Shown here piece by piece: positions 1 to 8,422 of a DNA stretch of 17,205 nt (position 1 is its first letter; every line of letters begins with the position of its first letter). Both the position numbers and the translations under genes were made by a program. The notes under the pieces are model-generated. The model did not search any database and was not told the origin of the DNA. It saw nothing but the letters and a program-made list of their open reading frames with translations. The DNA is from Candidatus Micrarchaeota archaeon (lineage in GTDB: Archaea; Micrarchaeota; Micrarchaeia; Anstonellales; Bilamarchaeaceae): positions 1-17,205 of the forward strand of contig JAGVWJ010000035.1 in NCBI GenBank assembly GCA_018304385.1, written 5' to 3'.

Positions 1-132
1 TCTGTTTGTCCTTTCGGACAAAACTCTCGAAAAATTACATTTTTCTCGATCACTCGCTCTGCCATACTTCTCTGCCCCCTTGAGGGTTCCAACCCCCCAC
101 GAGGCATTACTTGAAATTTCTAATACATCAAG

Positions 133-669
133 TTATAGTAGATCCGCGATCTTCTTGACTGTTTCTTCTAATTTCCCCTGCTTATTATATATTATAACTG
201 CTGGCGCACCAGTAAACGCAGAATAAGCCGCAAGGTAATAACGATTAATTTCATCGTGCTCTGCAACATCATCACTATCACGAATGCGAGAAGGATCGTT
301 AGTTCGTCTTAATTTTATTTCTTCCACATCAGCAGTAACATAAATTAATTTATCAACTTTTAATCCATTCAAAAATTCAAACGGCAAACCAGGATAATAC
401 CCGCTTGGTGTGCTTATAGAACAGTGTGTATCCAAAATAAATTTACCCTTTTCCTTTGCTAGTTTCTTTGCAACTAACTTTTGCGCTAACTTCTGTTTTT
501 CTATTGGTAGCTTGCGCATTTCATCTCTGTTTTGTACCCAACCTTTTGCCTTTTCTATATCTAGCATTAGATCTCCGTAATTAGAAATTGTATAATCATT
601 GCGCTTAGAGCGTAAAGCATTTAAGATAGTAGATTTTCCAGATCCAGGAAGACCCATTATGATTATCAT
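133..669 (-). CDS. adkA: Archaeal-type adenylate kinase (start 669 preferred; 681 possible)
   Basis: N-terminal P-loop GLPGSGKST, NRDEMRKL and LDTH..GYYPGLP motifs; canonical position after secY. ATG at 669 is preceded by GGCGATAAAC, like the GTGATAAAT leaders of rpl6 and rpl19e. Confidence 0.92.
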   Translation of the reverse strand: MIIIMGLPGSGKSTILNALRSKRNDYTISNYGDLMLDIEKAKGWVQNRDEMRKLPIEKQKLAQKLVAKKLAKEKGKFILDTHCSISTPSGYYPGLPFEFLNGLKVDKLIYVTADVEEIKLRRTNDPSRIRDSDDVAEHDEINRYYLAAYSAFTGAPAVIIYNKQGKLEETVKKIADLL

Positions 670-676
670 GTTTATC

Positions 677-707
677 GCCATCAGCCGTCAGCCGTGAGCA
701 GTGGGCC
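677..707. repeat. Heptamer array (GCCATCA GCCGTCA GCCGTGA GCAGTGG GCC)
   Basis: 7-nt period read directly; its first 17 nt are identical to 14883-14899. Confidence 0.85.
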
Positions 708-742
708 AGACGAGTTTCCCGAATCCAGTTTCGCGTTCGTGG

Positions 743-777
743 GCTCAAGGCTCAATGCTCATTGCTCATGGCTAAAC
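743..777. repeat. Heptamer array (GCTCAAG GCTCAAT GCTCATT GCTCATG GCTAAAC)
   Basis: 7-nt period; abuts the secY stop; inverted relative to 677-707. Confidence 0.85.
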
Positions 778-2222
778 TATTGCCCAACCATTTTCCCTAA
801 AGTTGGATATAGTTCGAACATCTTCATCTGTTCCATTTGTTCGTACATTCTATATAAAATACTAACCGTAAGCAGAATACCTGTACCAGTTCCAAGTGCG
901 CCAGTTAAGTCTGCAATACCTGCTAACATACCAACACTAAAGCTACCTAATACTGTAAGCGGGAAAATGTGCTTATTCAAAATGCTCTCAAGCATGCGCG
1001 GATCACGCCTGAAGCCAGGTATCTGCATGCCTGCTTCCGTAAGCTGATTTGCAACACTCTTTGCATCCATGTTTGCTGTTTCAACCCAGAAAATACCGAA
1101 TAAGATAGATGACAGAGCTAAAAATAGTATATACACTAGCGCATGCACCCATTCAGGAATGCCGTTAACTGGTGTTTTTCCATTAGATAAAAGGTTAAAA
1201 TGATCCACAGTTCTTAGCCCACCCGAAGCTATGGGGGTTATAAGATAAAGCAAACCGTCAGATAAACGATTGGTTCCTGGATCAACATATCCAATGTATT
1301 TGGCAACAAAATTATCCTGTGCCTCCTCAGGGCTTAACTTCGGTAAAAATCCACCAGCTATAAGTTCAACATTAATTAATAATGCGCTAGCAAATATGAC
1401 CGGAATATTTGAAACATAAAAATATTTTAGCGGAAGCTTTGGTACAAAGCCACGCATACGCTCAAAAGCAATTGGTATCTCTACCTTAATACCTTCAGCA
1501 TAAACAACTACAAAAAATACAATTACAGTAAATAAAAATGGTAATAATACGAGCAATGCATCAGGCAATGCAGTTGCACCCCCGCCAGAGAGTGCAGCAA
1601 GAACGCTATTATTCGGACCAAATACTAGAAGGGCTAGCTGACTGAATATCTGGAATGAAACACCTGCGGCTATAAATAAGCTTATTCCGCTTCCTATGCC
1701 ATACTTTGAAACTATTTCGTCAAGATATAGCATTATAACTGAACCTAATGCAATTTGCAATATTACTAATGCAGGCAAGAATGGGAATTGTGCATAAAGG
1801 TTAGGGTCAATAAGAAAACCCCTAGAACTAACTACAAAAATAGCCGCTTCTAAAAATGCAAGCAGTATTGCAACTACTTTCTGCACTTCATGAAATTTTT
1901 GCTTGTCCTTTTTATCCTGAAGATTTAATTTGATTAACCCCGCACCAACAAATAATTGTAAGAATATACTTGCTAAAACAATTGGACCAATACCAGCAGT
2001 AAGTAAGCTGCCAGCTCTGCTTGCTGTTATTGTCTGAAGAAAATCAAAACCTCCTGCTTGGTGCCTAATACCAAATGCAGTGACATTATACAGTAGAAAA
2101 AATAGAACTAATGCTAAACCAGTCCATAATAAACGCTCTTTAGCAGAAGGAGGCCGCTCAGGATTTTTTACCTCTGGTAAGGATTTTGCTACTGAGTGCA
2201 AAAAGTCTATAATCATTCCCAT
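777..2222 (-). CDS. secY: Preprotein translocase subunit SecY (Sec61alpha)
   Basis: 481 aa multi-TM protein with LPEVKNP, GSLLTAGIGPIVLASI, YGIGSGISLFI, NIPVIF, QIPGFRRDPR and GTGTGILLTV motifs; follows rpl15. Confidence 0.98.
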   Translation of the reverse strand: MGMIIDFLHSVAKSLPEVKNPERPPSAKERLLWTGLALVLFFLLYNVTAFGIRHQAGGFDFLQTITASRAGSLLTAGIGPIVLASIFLQLFVGAGLIKLNLQDKKDKQKFHEVQKVVAILLAFLEAAIFVVSSRGFLIDPNLYAQFPFLPALVILQIALGSVIMLYLDEIVSKYGIGSGISLFIAAGVSFQIFSQLALLVFGPNNSVLAALSGGGATALPDALLVLLPFLFTVIVFFVVVYAEGIKVEIPIAFERMRGFVPKLPLKYFYVSNIPVIFASALLINVELIAGGFLPKLSPEEAQDNFVAKYIGYVDPGTNRLSDGLLYLITPIASGGLRTVDHFNLLSNGKTPVNGIPEWVHALVYILFLALSSILFGIFWVETANMDAKSVANQLTEAGMQIPGFRRDPRMLESILNKHIFPLTVLGSFSVGMLAGIADLTGALGTGTGILLTVSILYRMYEQMEQMKMFELYPTLGKMVGQ

Positions 2223-2251
2223 AGCTCACAACTCAAAACTACCTGCTTTTG

Positions 2252-2302
2252 GCCGTTAGCTCTTAGCCGTTAGCCACTAGCTACTTGCCACCTACCACTA
2301 GC
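2252..2302. repeat. Heptamer array of 7 units (GCCGTTA GCTCTTA GCCGTTA GCCACTA GCTACTT GCCACCT ACCACTA)
   Basis: 7-nt period; abuts the rpl15 stop. A shorter run, GCTCACA ACTCAAA ACT, lies at 2224-2240 next to the secY start. Confidence 0.88.
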
Positions 2303-2716
2303 TTATTTTAATTTAACTAATTCCCCACCTGCCTTTTTAACCTTTTCTTCTACGCCCTTACTCCATGCAGATGCCTTAATCACAACTGGAAAAGAAAGTT
2401 CACCGGTTCCAAGAATTTTTCCATTAAATTCAAAATAATATTTACTTTCTTTTTTCTCTAATTTATTATTCCTTGCTTTTTGATTTATCGCATATAAGTT
2501 TATAACATCTGTAATTTTCTTATTTGGTCTAACAAAACCATGCTTTCCAAAATAATCTGGATCGTAACGTGTTATCCAAGTAAACTTATGCTTATGTAAA
2601 CCAGCTTTACCACGGCCACCCCTGTTACCACTGCCTCTACGATTTTTAACATTGCCTCTACCAAATGAACGCAAGCCTAAGTAATTTTTCTTTTGTCTTT
2701 CTTTTCTTCTTGTCAT
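2303..2716 (-). CDS. rpl15: 50S ribosomal protein uL15
   Basis: RGSGNRGGRGKAG, FGKHGF, KILGTG and KVKKAGG motifs; synteny. Confidence 0.96.
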   Translation of the reverse strand: MTRRKERQKKNYLGLRSFGRGNVKNRRGSGNRGGRGKAGLHKHKFTWITRYDPDYFGKHGFVRPNKKITDVINLYAINQKARNNKLEKKESKYYFEFNGKILGTGELSFPVVIKASAWSKGVEEKVKKAGGELVKLK

Positions 2717-2718
2717 AA

Positions 2719-3141
2719 CTACATCATCCTTCTAATCAATTCATTAATATTATCGCGTTTTCCAAGGTCTCCTTTTGGATAATGACTTTTTATATCTTTA
2801 TAACCACTACGAGGTGGGTGCAAACGAAAGACTGGGTCGACGCTCTCTGTTTTCCCGTCAAATTCTTTTGAAACTTTTTTTACATCTGAATCAGTGTTTC
2901 TTAATAGTTTTCCGCCTTTTTCTCCTCTTTTAAATAGAAGCTTCTCAAATGTTTGGTCATCTATCTCCCCATAAGTAACATAATCTCTTACTTTTTCAAT
3001 TGCGCCAAGAGTCTGTGGTGTTGCATTAAGGATAACACAATGGTTTGGCCTATGTAATTTTAAATATTCTAAAGCAATCTTTATTTGTGGATCCATGCTT
3101 CTAACACCACGAATACGAATCACAGCTATTTTTTCTGTCAT
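2719..3141 (-). CDS. rpl30: 50S ribosomal protein uL30 (archaeal long form)
   Basis: IAVIRIRG, LKLHRPNHCV, VTYGEI, VFRLHPPRSG and INELIRRM motifs. Confidence 0.96.
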   Translation of the reverse strand: MTEKIAVIRIRGVRSMDPQIKIALEYLKLHRPNHCVILNATPQTLGAIEKVRDYVTYGEIDDQTFEKLLFKRGEKGGKLLRNTDSDVKKVSKEFDGKTESVDPVFRLHPPRSGYKDIKSHYPKGDLGKRDNINELIRRMM

Positions 3142-3201
3142 ATAAATCCTTCCATTTTCCCATTCTTATGGGACCATCGTATTATTAATATTCTCCATAG
3201 T

Positions 3202-3232
3202 GACGCAGTCTAATAAAACCTTAGGCTGCGTC
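3202..3232. other. 12-bp inverted repeat with one mismatch (GACGCAGTCTAA / TTAGGCTGCGTC, 7-nt loop)
   Basis: Read directly in the rps5-rpl30 spacer. Confidence 0.7.
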
Positions 3233-3279
3233 GGCCGTCTTCAGGTTTTCTTATTAAAACAAACGACTCAATGTCAAAT

Positions 3280-3310
3280 ATTGTCGGCATTTTTTTACCA
3301 TGCCGACAAT
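3280..3310. other. Perfect 11-bp inverted repeat (ATTGTCGGCAT / ATGCCGACAAT, 9-nt loop); possible RNA hairpin or processing/termination signal
   Basis: Read directly in the rps5-rpl30 spacer. Confidence 0.7.
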
Positions 3311-3331
3311 GCTCATTGCTCACTGCTAACT
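3311..3331. repeat. Heptamer array (GCTCATT GCTCACT GCTAACT)
   Basis: Three units overlapping the rps5 stop. Confidence 0.7.
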
Positions 3332-3949
3332 TAATGGTTTTAATTTGTTTATATTATCTAAGGCGTAGATGACTGCCATTGCCATGTTATAAGTATTTCT
3401 TCCACCTGAAGAGGAGCTCCAAACATCCTTTATGCCTGCCATTGAAAGTACTTTCTTAACTACATCGTTTCCTGCAAGACCAAGGCCGCGCGGGGCTGGT
3501 TTGAGTGTTATAATAGTGCTACCTTCCTTCCCAATCGTCTTTTGAGTTAGAGAATGCTTAACGTTGCATTTGCACTCCCAACTTCCACATCCACTAAGCA
3601 CGGATATTATATTCTTCTTTGCATCTCTTATCGCAAATTCAAGCGCTGGTTTTATCTCTTCGCTTTTACCAACGCCAATACCAACATGCCCATTATGATC
3701 CCCGATAACAACGACAATACGAAATTGCATTCTCTTACCGCTATCAGTTACGCGTTGTGTAGAACCCACATGTAGCGTCTCTGACTCCATATTAGGCAAT
3801 AAAATATCCATAAGCTCTGGTTCGATAATTGGTTTACCTAGTTGAAATATCTGTTCAACTGATTGAATCTCGCCACTCTTTACCATTTTTCCAATAGTGG
3901 TTTTTGGTTGCCATGTTTCTTTATCAATTGTTCTTACCTTTTCACTCAT
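3326..3949 (-). CDS. rps5: 30S ribosomal protein uS5 (start refined to MSEKV at 3949)
   Basis: WQPKTTIGKMVK, QRVTDSGKR, CGSWEC and LKPAPRGLGL motifs. The ORF-track start overlaps rpl18. Confidence 0.96.
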   Translation of the reverse strand: MSEKVRTIDKETWQPKTTIGKMVKSGEIQSVEQIFQLGKPIIEPELMDILLPNMESETLHVGSTQRVTDSGKRMQFRIVVVIGDHNGHVGIGVGKSEEIKPALEFAIRDAKKNIISVLSGCGSWECKCNVKHSLTQKTIGKEGSTIITLKPAPRGLGLAGNDVVKKVLSMAGIKDVWSSSSGGRNTYNMAMAVIYALDNINKLKPLS

Positions 3950-3953
3950 AAAA

Positions 3954-4448
3954 TCATCCGTTAATTTTCTTTTTTGTCTCTTCAAATGCAGCTTTTATAG
4001 CATCTGGTGGTGCAGCAAGTTTCGCAGCAGGGATCATTTCCTCGCTGTATGCTGTTTTCAAACCTGCATCCAATGCACCCTTTAATGCTGCAAATAAAAC
4101 ATTCCCTTTTGTTGGCTGATGTAATCCGACGTCAAGAACAAAATCTACAACATTCTTTTTCTTTGCTTCTTTGCCGGCGTACAAACCAGTTAAGTATGCA
4201 GTATACACATTTCTCTTTGCAGGCCATGAGAATAGTTTCTTCAATTTTGTTGATGGTACTGTAACCAATGTTTTATCACCATTAAAATCAAAATTAACAA
4301 ATTGAATTATTATAGAACTATTTGTTTTTCTAACAACCATTCTTGTTTTCCTAGATTTTATTAATGCTAGACGTTTTGCATAGTTTGTCCTGCCTTCTCT
4401 GCGACGACGGAAATAAACTTGATATTTTGGTCCTTTTGCCCTTGTCAT
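3954..4448 (-). CDS. rpl18: 50S ribosomal protein uL18 (start refined to MTRAKG at 4448)
   Basis: GPKYQVYFRRRREGRTNYAKRL, AYLTGL and AALKGALDAGL motifs. Confidence 0.96.
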   Translation of the reverse strand: MTRAKGPKYQVYFRRRREGRTNYAKRLALIKSRKTRMVVRKTNSSIIIQFVNFDFNGDKTLVTVPSTKLKKLFSWPAKRNVYTAYLTGLYAGKEAKKKNVVDFVLDVGLHQPTKGNVLFAALKGALDAGLKTAYSEEMIPAAKLAAPPDAIKAAFEETKKKING

Positions 4449-4452
4449 AAGC

Positions 4453-4875
4453 TCACTTCTTTTCATTCAGCATATTATTTTCTTTTATATATACGTAAAA
4501 TGATTTTTTATTTTTGAATATCCCGCTTTTTACCTTTCCGTAAAGGGACCGATTAAATTTCTTATCGATCTGAGCGCTAGTCACGAGCTCGCGTAGGTAT
4601 TTTCTTTGTGACCTGACTCTTTGCATCCATTCTCTTTTCTGATTTATTGTTCCCTTGCCTCTTCTATGCCCAGCTCCACGACGCCTGCGCTTTTCTTTTG
4701 TTCTTCTACCGCGAGCAAGCAATTTGTAAACAATCCCATCTTTTATTAACGCAAGGACATCGCTTCTTGTAAGCGCTTCTTCAGCACGTTTTATGTCTGT
4801 GGGCTTAATGCGTATCTTATTCGAACCAACTTGTAAAATATCTGATGCCAATCTTCTTACAGTAGCGACACTCAT
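4453..4875 (-). CDS. rpl19e: 50S ribosomal protein eL19 (start refined to 4875)
   Basis: RRLASDILQVG, TRSDV..LIKDG, G.GHRRG and WMQRVRSQR motifs. Confidence 0.95.
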   Translation of the reverse strand: MSVATVRRLASDILQVGSNKIRIKPTDIKRAEEALTRSDVLALIKDGIVYKLLARGRRTKEKRRRRGAGHRRGKGTINQKREWMQRVRSQRKYLRELVTSAQIDKKFNRSLYGKVKSGIFKNKKSFYVYIKENNMLNEKK

Positions 4876-4880
4876 ATTTA

Positions 4881-5225
4881 TCACTCATTCAAAATCGTTA
4901 AACCAAGTAACTTTGCTTTTTCAACAATTGTAGCACGTTTTTTTGCACCAACCTGTGCAGCAATTCTTACGAAAAAGTTATTGTCTTTTGCGTTATTAAG
5001 ATCAAATACATTATTAACGATCATTTCCCTTTTGCCTTTTGGATGAACCCCGCGCAATGATTTCGGATTTCTATAACCTATCCTAGGGGTTGCGCCAGCA
5101 AACTTCTTCCTAATGCGTTTTTTGTTATCAACGCCCCTGGGTCTTCGCCAGCGCTTCTTGACACTTTTCATAAAACCGTAATTCGGAACATTGAATTTTG
5201 GTTTTTTCCTTTTTCGTATCGACAT
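4881..5225 (-). CDS. rpl32e: 50S ribosomal protein eL32 (start refined to 5225)
   Basis: WRRPRGVDNKKR, GYRNPKSLRGVHP and IAAQVGAKKR motifs. Confidence 0.96.
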   Translation of the reverse strand: MSIRKRKKPKFNVPNYGFMKSVKKRWRRPRGVDNKKRIRKKFAGATPRIGYRNPKSLRGVHPKGKREMIVNNVFDLNNAKDNNFFVRIAAQVGAKKRATIVEKAKLLGLTILNE

Positions 5226-5241
5226 TTTAATCACATAAATA

Positions 5242-5730
5242 TTAACTTATGATATATACTCCATCTTGAAACACGCGTGGGTCTTTATCTTTTATTCTCA
5301 TTGCAGCGCGCAAGTTAGCAATAGTTGCACCTACTGCATCTTTATCTGGGCCAGAGATAGTAACCTCTTGTTCTTTTTGTTTTACTTCTAGTTTAGTAAC
5401 ACCTACTAGCTTTGTTTTCCTAGATTGCTTTTCACCCAGAAAATTTTTTATTGTGATATCTTTTCCTTTGACTTCTATTGTAATAGGAAAATGCGCAAAT
5501 ATAAGTTTCAAACGAACCTTGAATCCTTCCTTAACCCCTTTAAACATGTTTCTTAAATGCGCTTCAGTAGTATTTATCAATGCCTTACTCTTTCCATTGA
5601 CACTAATCTCTTTCCCATTGACATTTACATTTATCAATGGTGATAACTTTCTTTCTACTTCACCTTGCGGTCCCTTTACTTTTAGTAGATTATTTTGTAC
5701 TTGAACATTAATGCTATCTGGAATCTCCAT
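5242..5730 (-). CDS. rpl6: 50S ribosomal protein uL6 (start refined to 5730)
   Basis: VKGPQGEV, AHFPITI, NFLGEK and KDPRVFQDGVYI motifs. Confidence 0.97.
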   Translation of the reverse strand: MEIPDSINVQVQNNLLKVKGPQGEVERKLSPLINVNVNGKEISVNGKSKALINTTEAHLRNMFKGVKEGFKVRLKLIFAHFPITIEVKGKDITIKNFLGEKQSRKTKLVGVTKLEVKQKEQEVTISGPDKDAVGATIANLRAAMRIKDKDPRVFQDGVYIIS

Positions 5731-5738
5731 ATTTATCA

Positions 5739-6125
5739 CTAATAAATGTAAGCTAATAGCCTTCCTCCTATGCGCCTCTTGTCAGCATCACTATTTGTCA
5801 TAATGCCTTGAGGTGTACTTACAATAAGCAAACCAATACCAACACCTGGTATATATTGCTGTTCTACAGTCGCCCAATCAACTCTTTTAACAGGGAAACG
5901 TGGTGTAATAACCCCACAGTTATTAATTTTTCCTGCTAGAGAAACATTAAAGTATCCACCTCTTCCATCATCGGTAAATTTGTAATCTGTAATGTAACCA
6001 CTGGATTTTAGAAGATTTAATATTTCACTTATTAAACGGCTTGCTGGAACTGCGCAATCTCTCTGTCCTACCATCTCATGCGTCTTTATTGTATTTAATG
6101 CATCAGCTAGTCTGTCAATTGCCAT
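5739..6125 (-). CDS. rps8: 30S ribosomal protein uS8
   Basis: DRLADAL, GKINNCGVITPRF, STPQGIMT and GGRLLAYIY motifs. Confidence 0.97.
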   Translation of the reverse strand: MAIDRLADALNTIKTHEMVGQRDCAVPASRLISEILNLLKSSGYITDYKFTDDGRGGYFNVSLAGKINNCGVITPRFPVKRVDWATVEQQYIPGVGIGLLIVSTPQGIMTNSDADKRRIGGRLLAYIY

Positions 6126-6131
6126 AAAATA

Positions 6132-6290
6132 TCATCCACCATATTTTCTAAAACCAATACTCTCACCGATTTCTCTAAAACATCGTCTGCATATATTAAG
6201 ACTATATTTTCTTATTAGCCCTCTAGCATTACCGCAATTTCTACATAGTCTATTTCCTTTTCCCTTAAACTTACTTTCTAATGATTGCAT
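6132..6290 (-). CDS. rps14: 30S ribosomal protein uS14 (zinc-finger type), absent from the ORF track
   Basis: Manual translation gives [52 protein letters not shown] (52 aa) with CxxC...CxxC; SD GGTGA upstream; canonical position between rpl5 and rps8. Confidence 0.96.
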   Translation of the reverse strand: MQSLESKFKGKGNRLCRNCGNARGLIRKYSLNICRRCFREIGESIGFRKYGG

Positions 6291-6301
6291 CGAGAAATCA
6301 C

Positions 6302-6817
6302 CTAAGACTCTTCTATTTTTGCATTTAGATTAGATTTTACAAATTCTATTGCCTCTTGTTTTGAAACCTTCTGCGCTTTGCCTAGTTTTGAAGATTTTAT
6401 TCTACGATATTCGACCCTTTTGCCTTTTTTTGTTAGCGAAACACAAACATCAAACCCGAACATACCAATACGTGGATCATACTTTGCACCAGGAAAATCT
6501 ATGTATTCTGCAACACCAAATGAAACGTTTCCTGTTTTATCAAAATTGTTTGTGCTTAACGGTTTTCTTCTAGCTATCAAGGCCTTACTTATGAAATCAT
6601 GCGCTATATTGCCGCGTAATGTTACTTTCACACCGATTGGTAACCCTACCCTTAATTTCCAAACAGGATTTCTTTTTTTTGCTTTTGTTTCAACTGGTTT
6701 TCTGCCAGTAAGTTTTGACAATAGCTCTTTAGCATAATCTAAGCGCTCGCCTGGCGATCCAACGCCAATGTTTACTGTAACTTTTTCTATCACTACTGCT
6801 TGCATCTTGTTCATCAT
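6302..6817 (-). CDS. rpl5: 50S ribosomal protein uL5
   Basis: [27 protein letters not shown] and [12 protein letters not shown] motifs. Confidence 0.97.
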   Translation of the reverse strand: MMNKMQAVVIEKVTVNIGVGSPGERLDYAKELLSKLTGRKPVETKAKKRNPVWKLRVGLPIGVKVTLRGNIAHDFISKALIARRKPLSTNNFDKTGNVSFGVAEYIDFPGAKYDPRIGMFGFDVCVSLTKKGKRVEYRRIKSSKLGKAQKVSKQEAIEFVKSNLNAKIEES

Positions 6818-7515
6818 GATACACCGACTTTATCATCAATAACAAATAGGTATTTGGCAACTGTTATGAACTCGCCATCCTTGCTACCAAGCTTTGCCTC
6901 AGCTGGTTTGCCCTCTTTTCTTTCTATTATATCAACGAGTTTTGCAGTTGTACCTGCGTGCTTCCCTTCTGTTATCATACACGTTGCGCCTTTTTCTAAT
7001 TTCAGAACCTTTTCGATTTTCTTATTGCTAAGATTTAACAATAAGCTATCTCCAACGCGCACATTATCTGCGAAAAGATTTTTACCATCGTGCAAGGCAA
7101 CTGATGTTTTTCCTTTTTTAATAGTAGTCTTGCCAACGACCTTTAAAAGTTTTTTATCTGATTTTTCAATTTCTTTCGGAAGCAATCTAGCTTTGTTATC
7201 GATTAGTATTTGATAATATTTATCAGATTTAGAAAAATGAATAATATCAAATAAACCTACTGGAAAATCAGGATCAGTTCTAATGACTCCGTCAATTGAA
7301 ACTAATCTTGAATTTAGAATATTCCTTGCTTCTCTTGCAGTTTTTGCAAAACCCAAGATATCACGAATAAATAAAAGAAGCGGCGCAGAATGCTTCTTGC
7401 TGTGCGGCCCAGGAGAATGATTAATAACCCATACATAATCTTTTTTATTTGTTAATGGGACTGCCTTTGGAATTGCAATGCGCTTAATATGTTTAGATTG
7501 TCCTCGTTTAGCCAT
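6814..7515 (-). CDS. rps4e: 30S ribosomal protein eS4
   Basis: HIKRIAIP, PGPH, IDGVIRTDPDFPVGLFD, LHDGKN and ITEGKHAG motifs. Confidence 0.97.
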   Translation of the reverse strand: MAKRGQSKHIKRIAIPKAVPLTNKKDYVWVINHSPGPHSKKHSAPLLLFIRDILGFAKTAREARNILNSRLVSIDGVIRTDPDFPVGLFDIIHFSKSDKYYQILIDNKARLLPKEIEKSDKKLLKVVGKTTIKKGKTSVALHDGKNLFADNVRVGDSLLLNLSNKKIEKVLKLEKGATCMITEGKHAGTTAKLVDIIERKEGKPAEAKLGSKDGEFITVAKYLFVIDDKVGVS

Positions 7516-7519
7516 ATTA

Positions 7520-7990
7520 TCAACTCTTTGATTCTACCACTTTTGCATGCTCGACCTTTACTTTTTCATGTGAACTAACAACATCCTGCTTCTGAGTTAG
7601 TACTTCTGGCTTACTGCCTACAGCATCCTGCCTACTGCTTACTGCCTCTTGCTTGAATAACTCTTTTCTCTCTTTTGTCATCTCGGTTTCTAGCAAGAGC
7701 AGGTTTGAAGGTTCTAAGGCAGTCAGCACCTCTTTTCCACGCGCAGTGCGCTTAGTCACACCTTCAACATAAACCTTTACTTTGTTGTAATTTACATCTG
7801 CAACCTTGCCGGTTTTATCGCGTGCAAAGCCCCGCATTATTTTTACTTTATCTCCTTTGTGAACAAGCAAAGAACGTTTTTTTGTCTTTAGCTTCTGTCT
7901 AAGGTCTTTGCTTAAATGAACATGCAGAAAGTCTTTTTTCTTATGGATTTTTGCATTATACCTGATTTTTCTTTCTGTATCCGATTTCAT
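7520..7990 (-). CDS. rpl24: 50S ribosomal protein uL24 with a repeat-derived C-terminal extension
   Basis: HVHLSKDLR, KGDKVKIMRG and KVYVEGV motifs; the tail after residue ~110 is encoded by heptamer repeats. Confidence 0.95.
   Translation of the reverse strand: MKSDTERKIRYNAKIHKKKDFLHVHLSKDLRQKLKTKKRSLLVHKGDKVKIMRGFARDKTGKVADVNYNKVKVYVEGVTKRTARGKEVLTALEPSNLLLLETEMTKERKELFKQEAVSSRQDAVGSKPEVLTQKQDVVSSHEKVKVEHAKVVESKS
7574..7650. repeat. Intragenic heptamer array of ~11 in-phase units in the rpl24 tail
   Basis: ACTAACA ACATCCT GCTTCTG AGTTAGT ACTTCTG GCTTACT GCCTACA GCATCCT GCCTACT GCTTACT GCCTCTT. Confidence 0.8.
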
Positions 7991-8006
7991 ATTTACACCT
8001 AATAGA

Positions 8007-8405
8007 TTATACTACGCCAGGTGCAATTGCTGCAACCTTTGGATAGCGTTCTGCAACTTCTCTTGCAACAACACCTTTAATCTCTGTACCTACGGGCAAG
8101 CCATCATCTGTGATTAAGACAGCTGCATTATCTTCGAATGAGATGCGCAAACCATTTGCGCGTCTAAACTCTTTTTTCTGACGAACAATAAGCGCCTTTA
8201 CAACCTTTTTTATCATGTCTGGATTACCTTTCTTCACTGAGACAATAACAACATCTCCGATACCGACGCTTGGATAGCGTGAGCGCACGCCCTTAATGCC
8301 TTTTACACCAAATATAAAAAGCTCTTTTGCACCGCTGTTATCATTACATACCAAATAAGATCCTGTTGTCAAAGGTTTTGATATGTTTCCTGTTAATCCT
8401 TTCAT
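8007..8405 (-). CDS. rpl14: 50S ribosomal protein uL14
   Basis: CNDNSGAK, VVIVSVKKG, IVRQKKEFRR.NG and FEDNAAV motifs. Confidence 0.98.
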   Translation of the reverse strand: MKGLTGNISKPLTTGSYLVCNDNSGAKELFIFGVKGIKGVRSRYPSVGIGDVVIVSVKKGNPDMIKKVVKALIVRQKKEFRRANGLRISFEDNAAVLITDDGLPVGTEIKGVVAREVAERYPKVAAIAPGVV

Positions 8406-8422
8406 ATTTCAACACCAAATAA

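Noticed and set aside
57-106. Intact tRNA on the plus strand
   Set aside because: The T-loop is atypical (TTCCAAC), the T-stem has a mismatch, and no matching 5' acceptor strand, D-arm or anticodon arm is present in the window.
3950-5739. Long gene overlaps implied by ORF-track starts of rps5, rpl18, rpl19e, rpl32e and rpl6
   Set aside because: Downstream ATGs with better SD spacing give normal N-termini; the GTGA in the longer starts is the SD itself.
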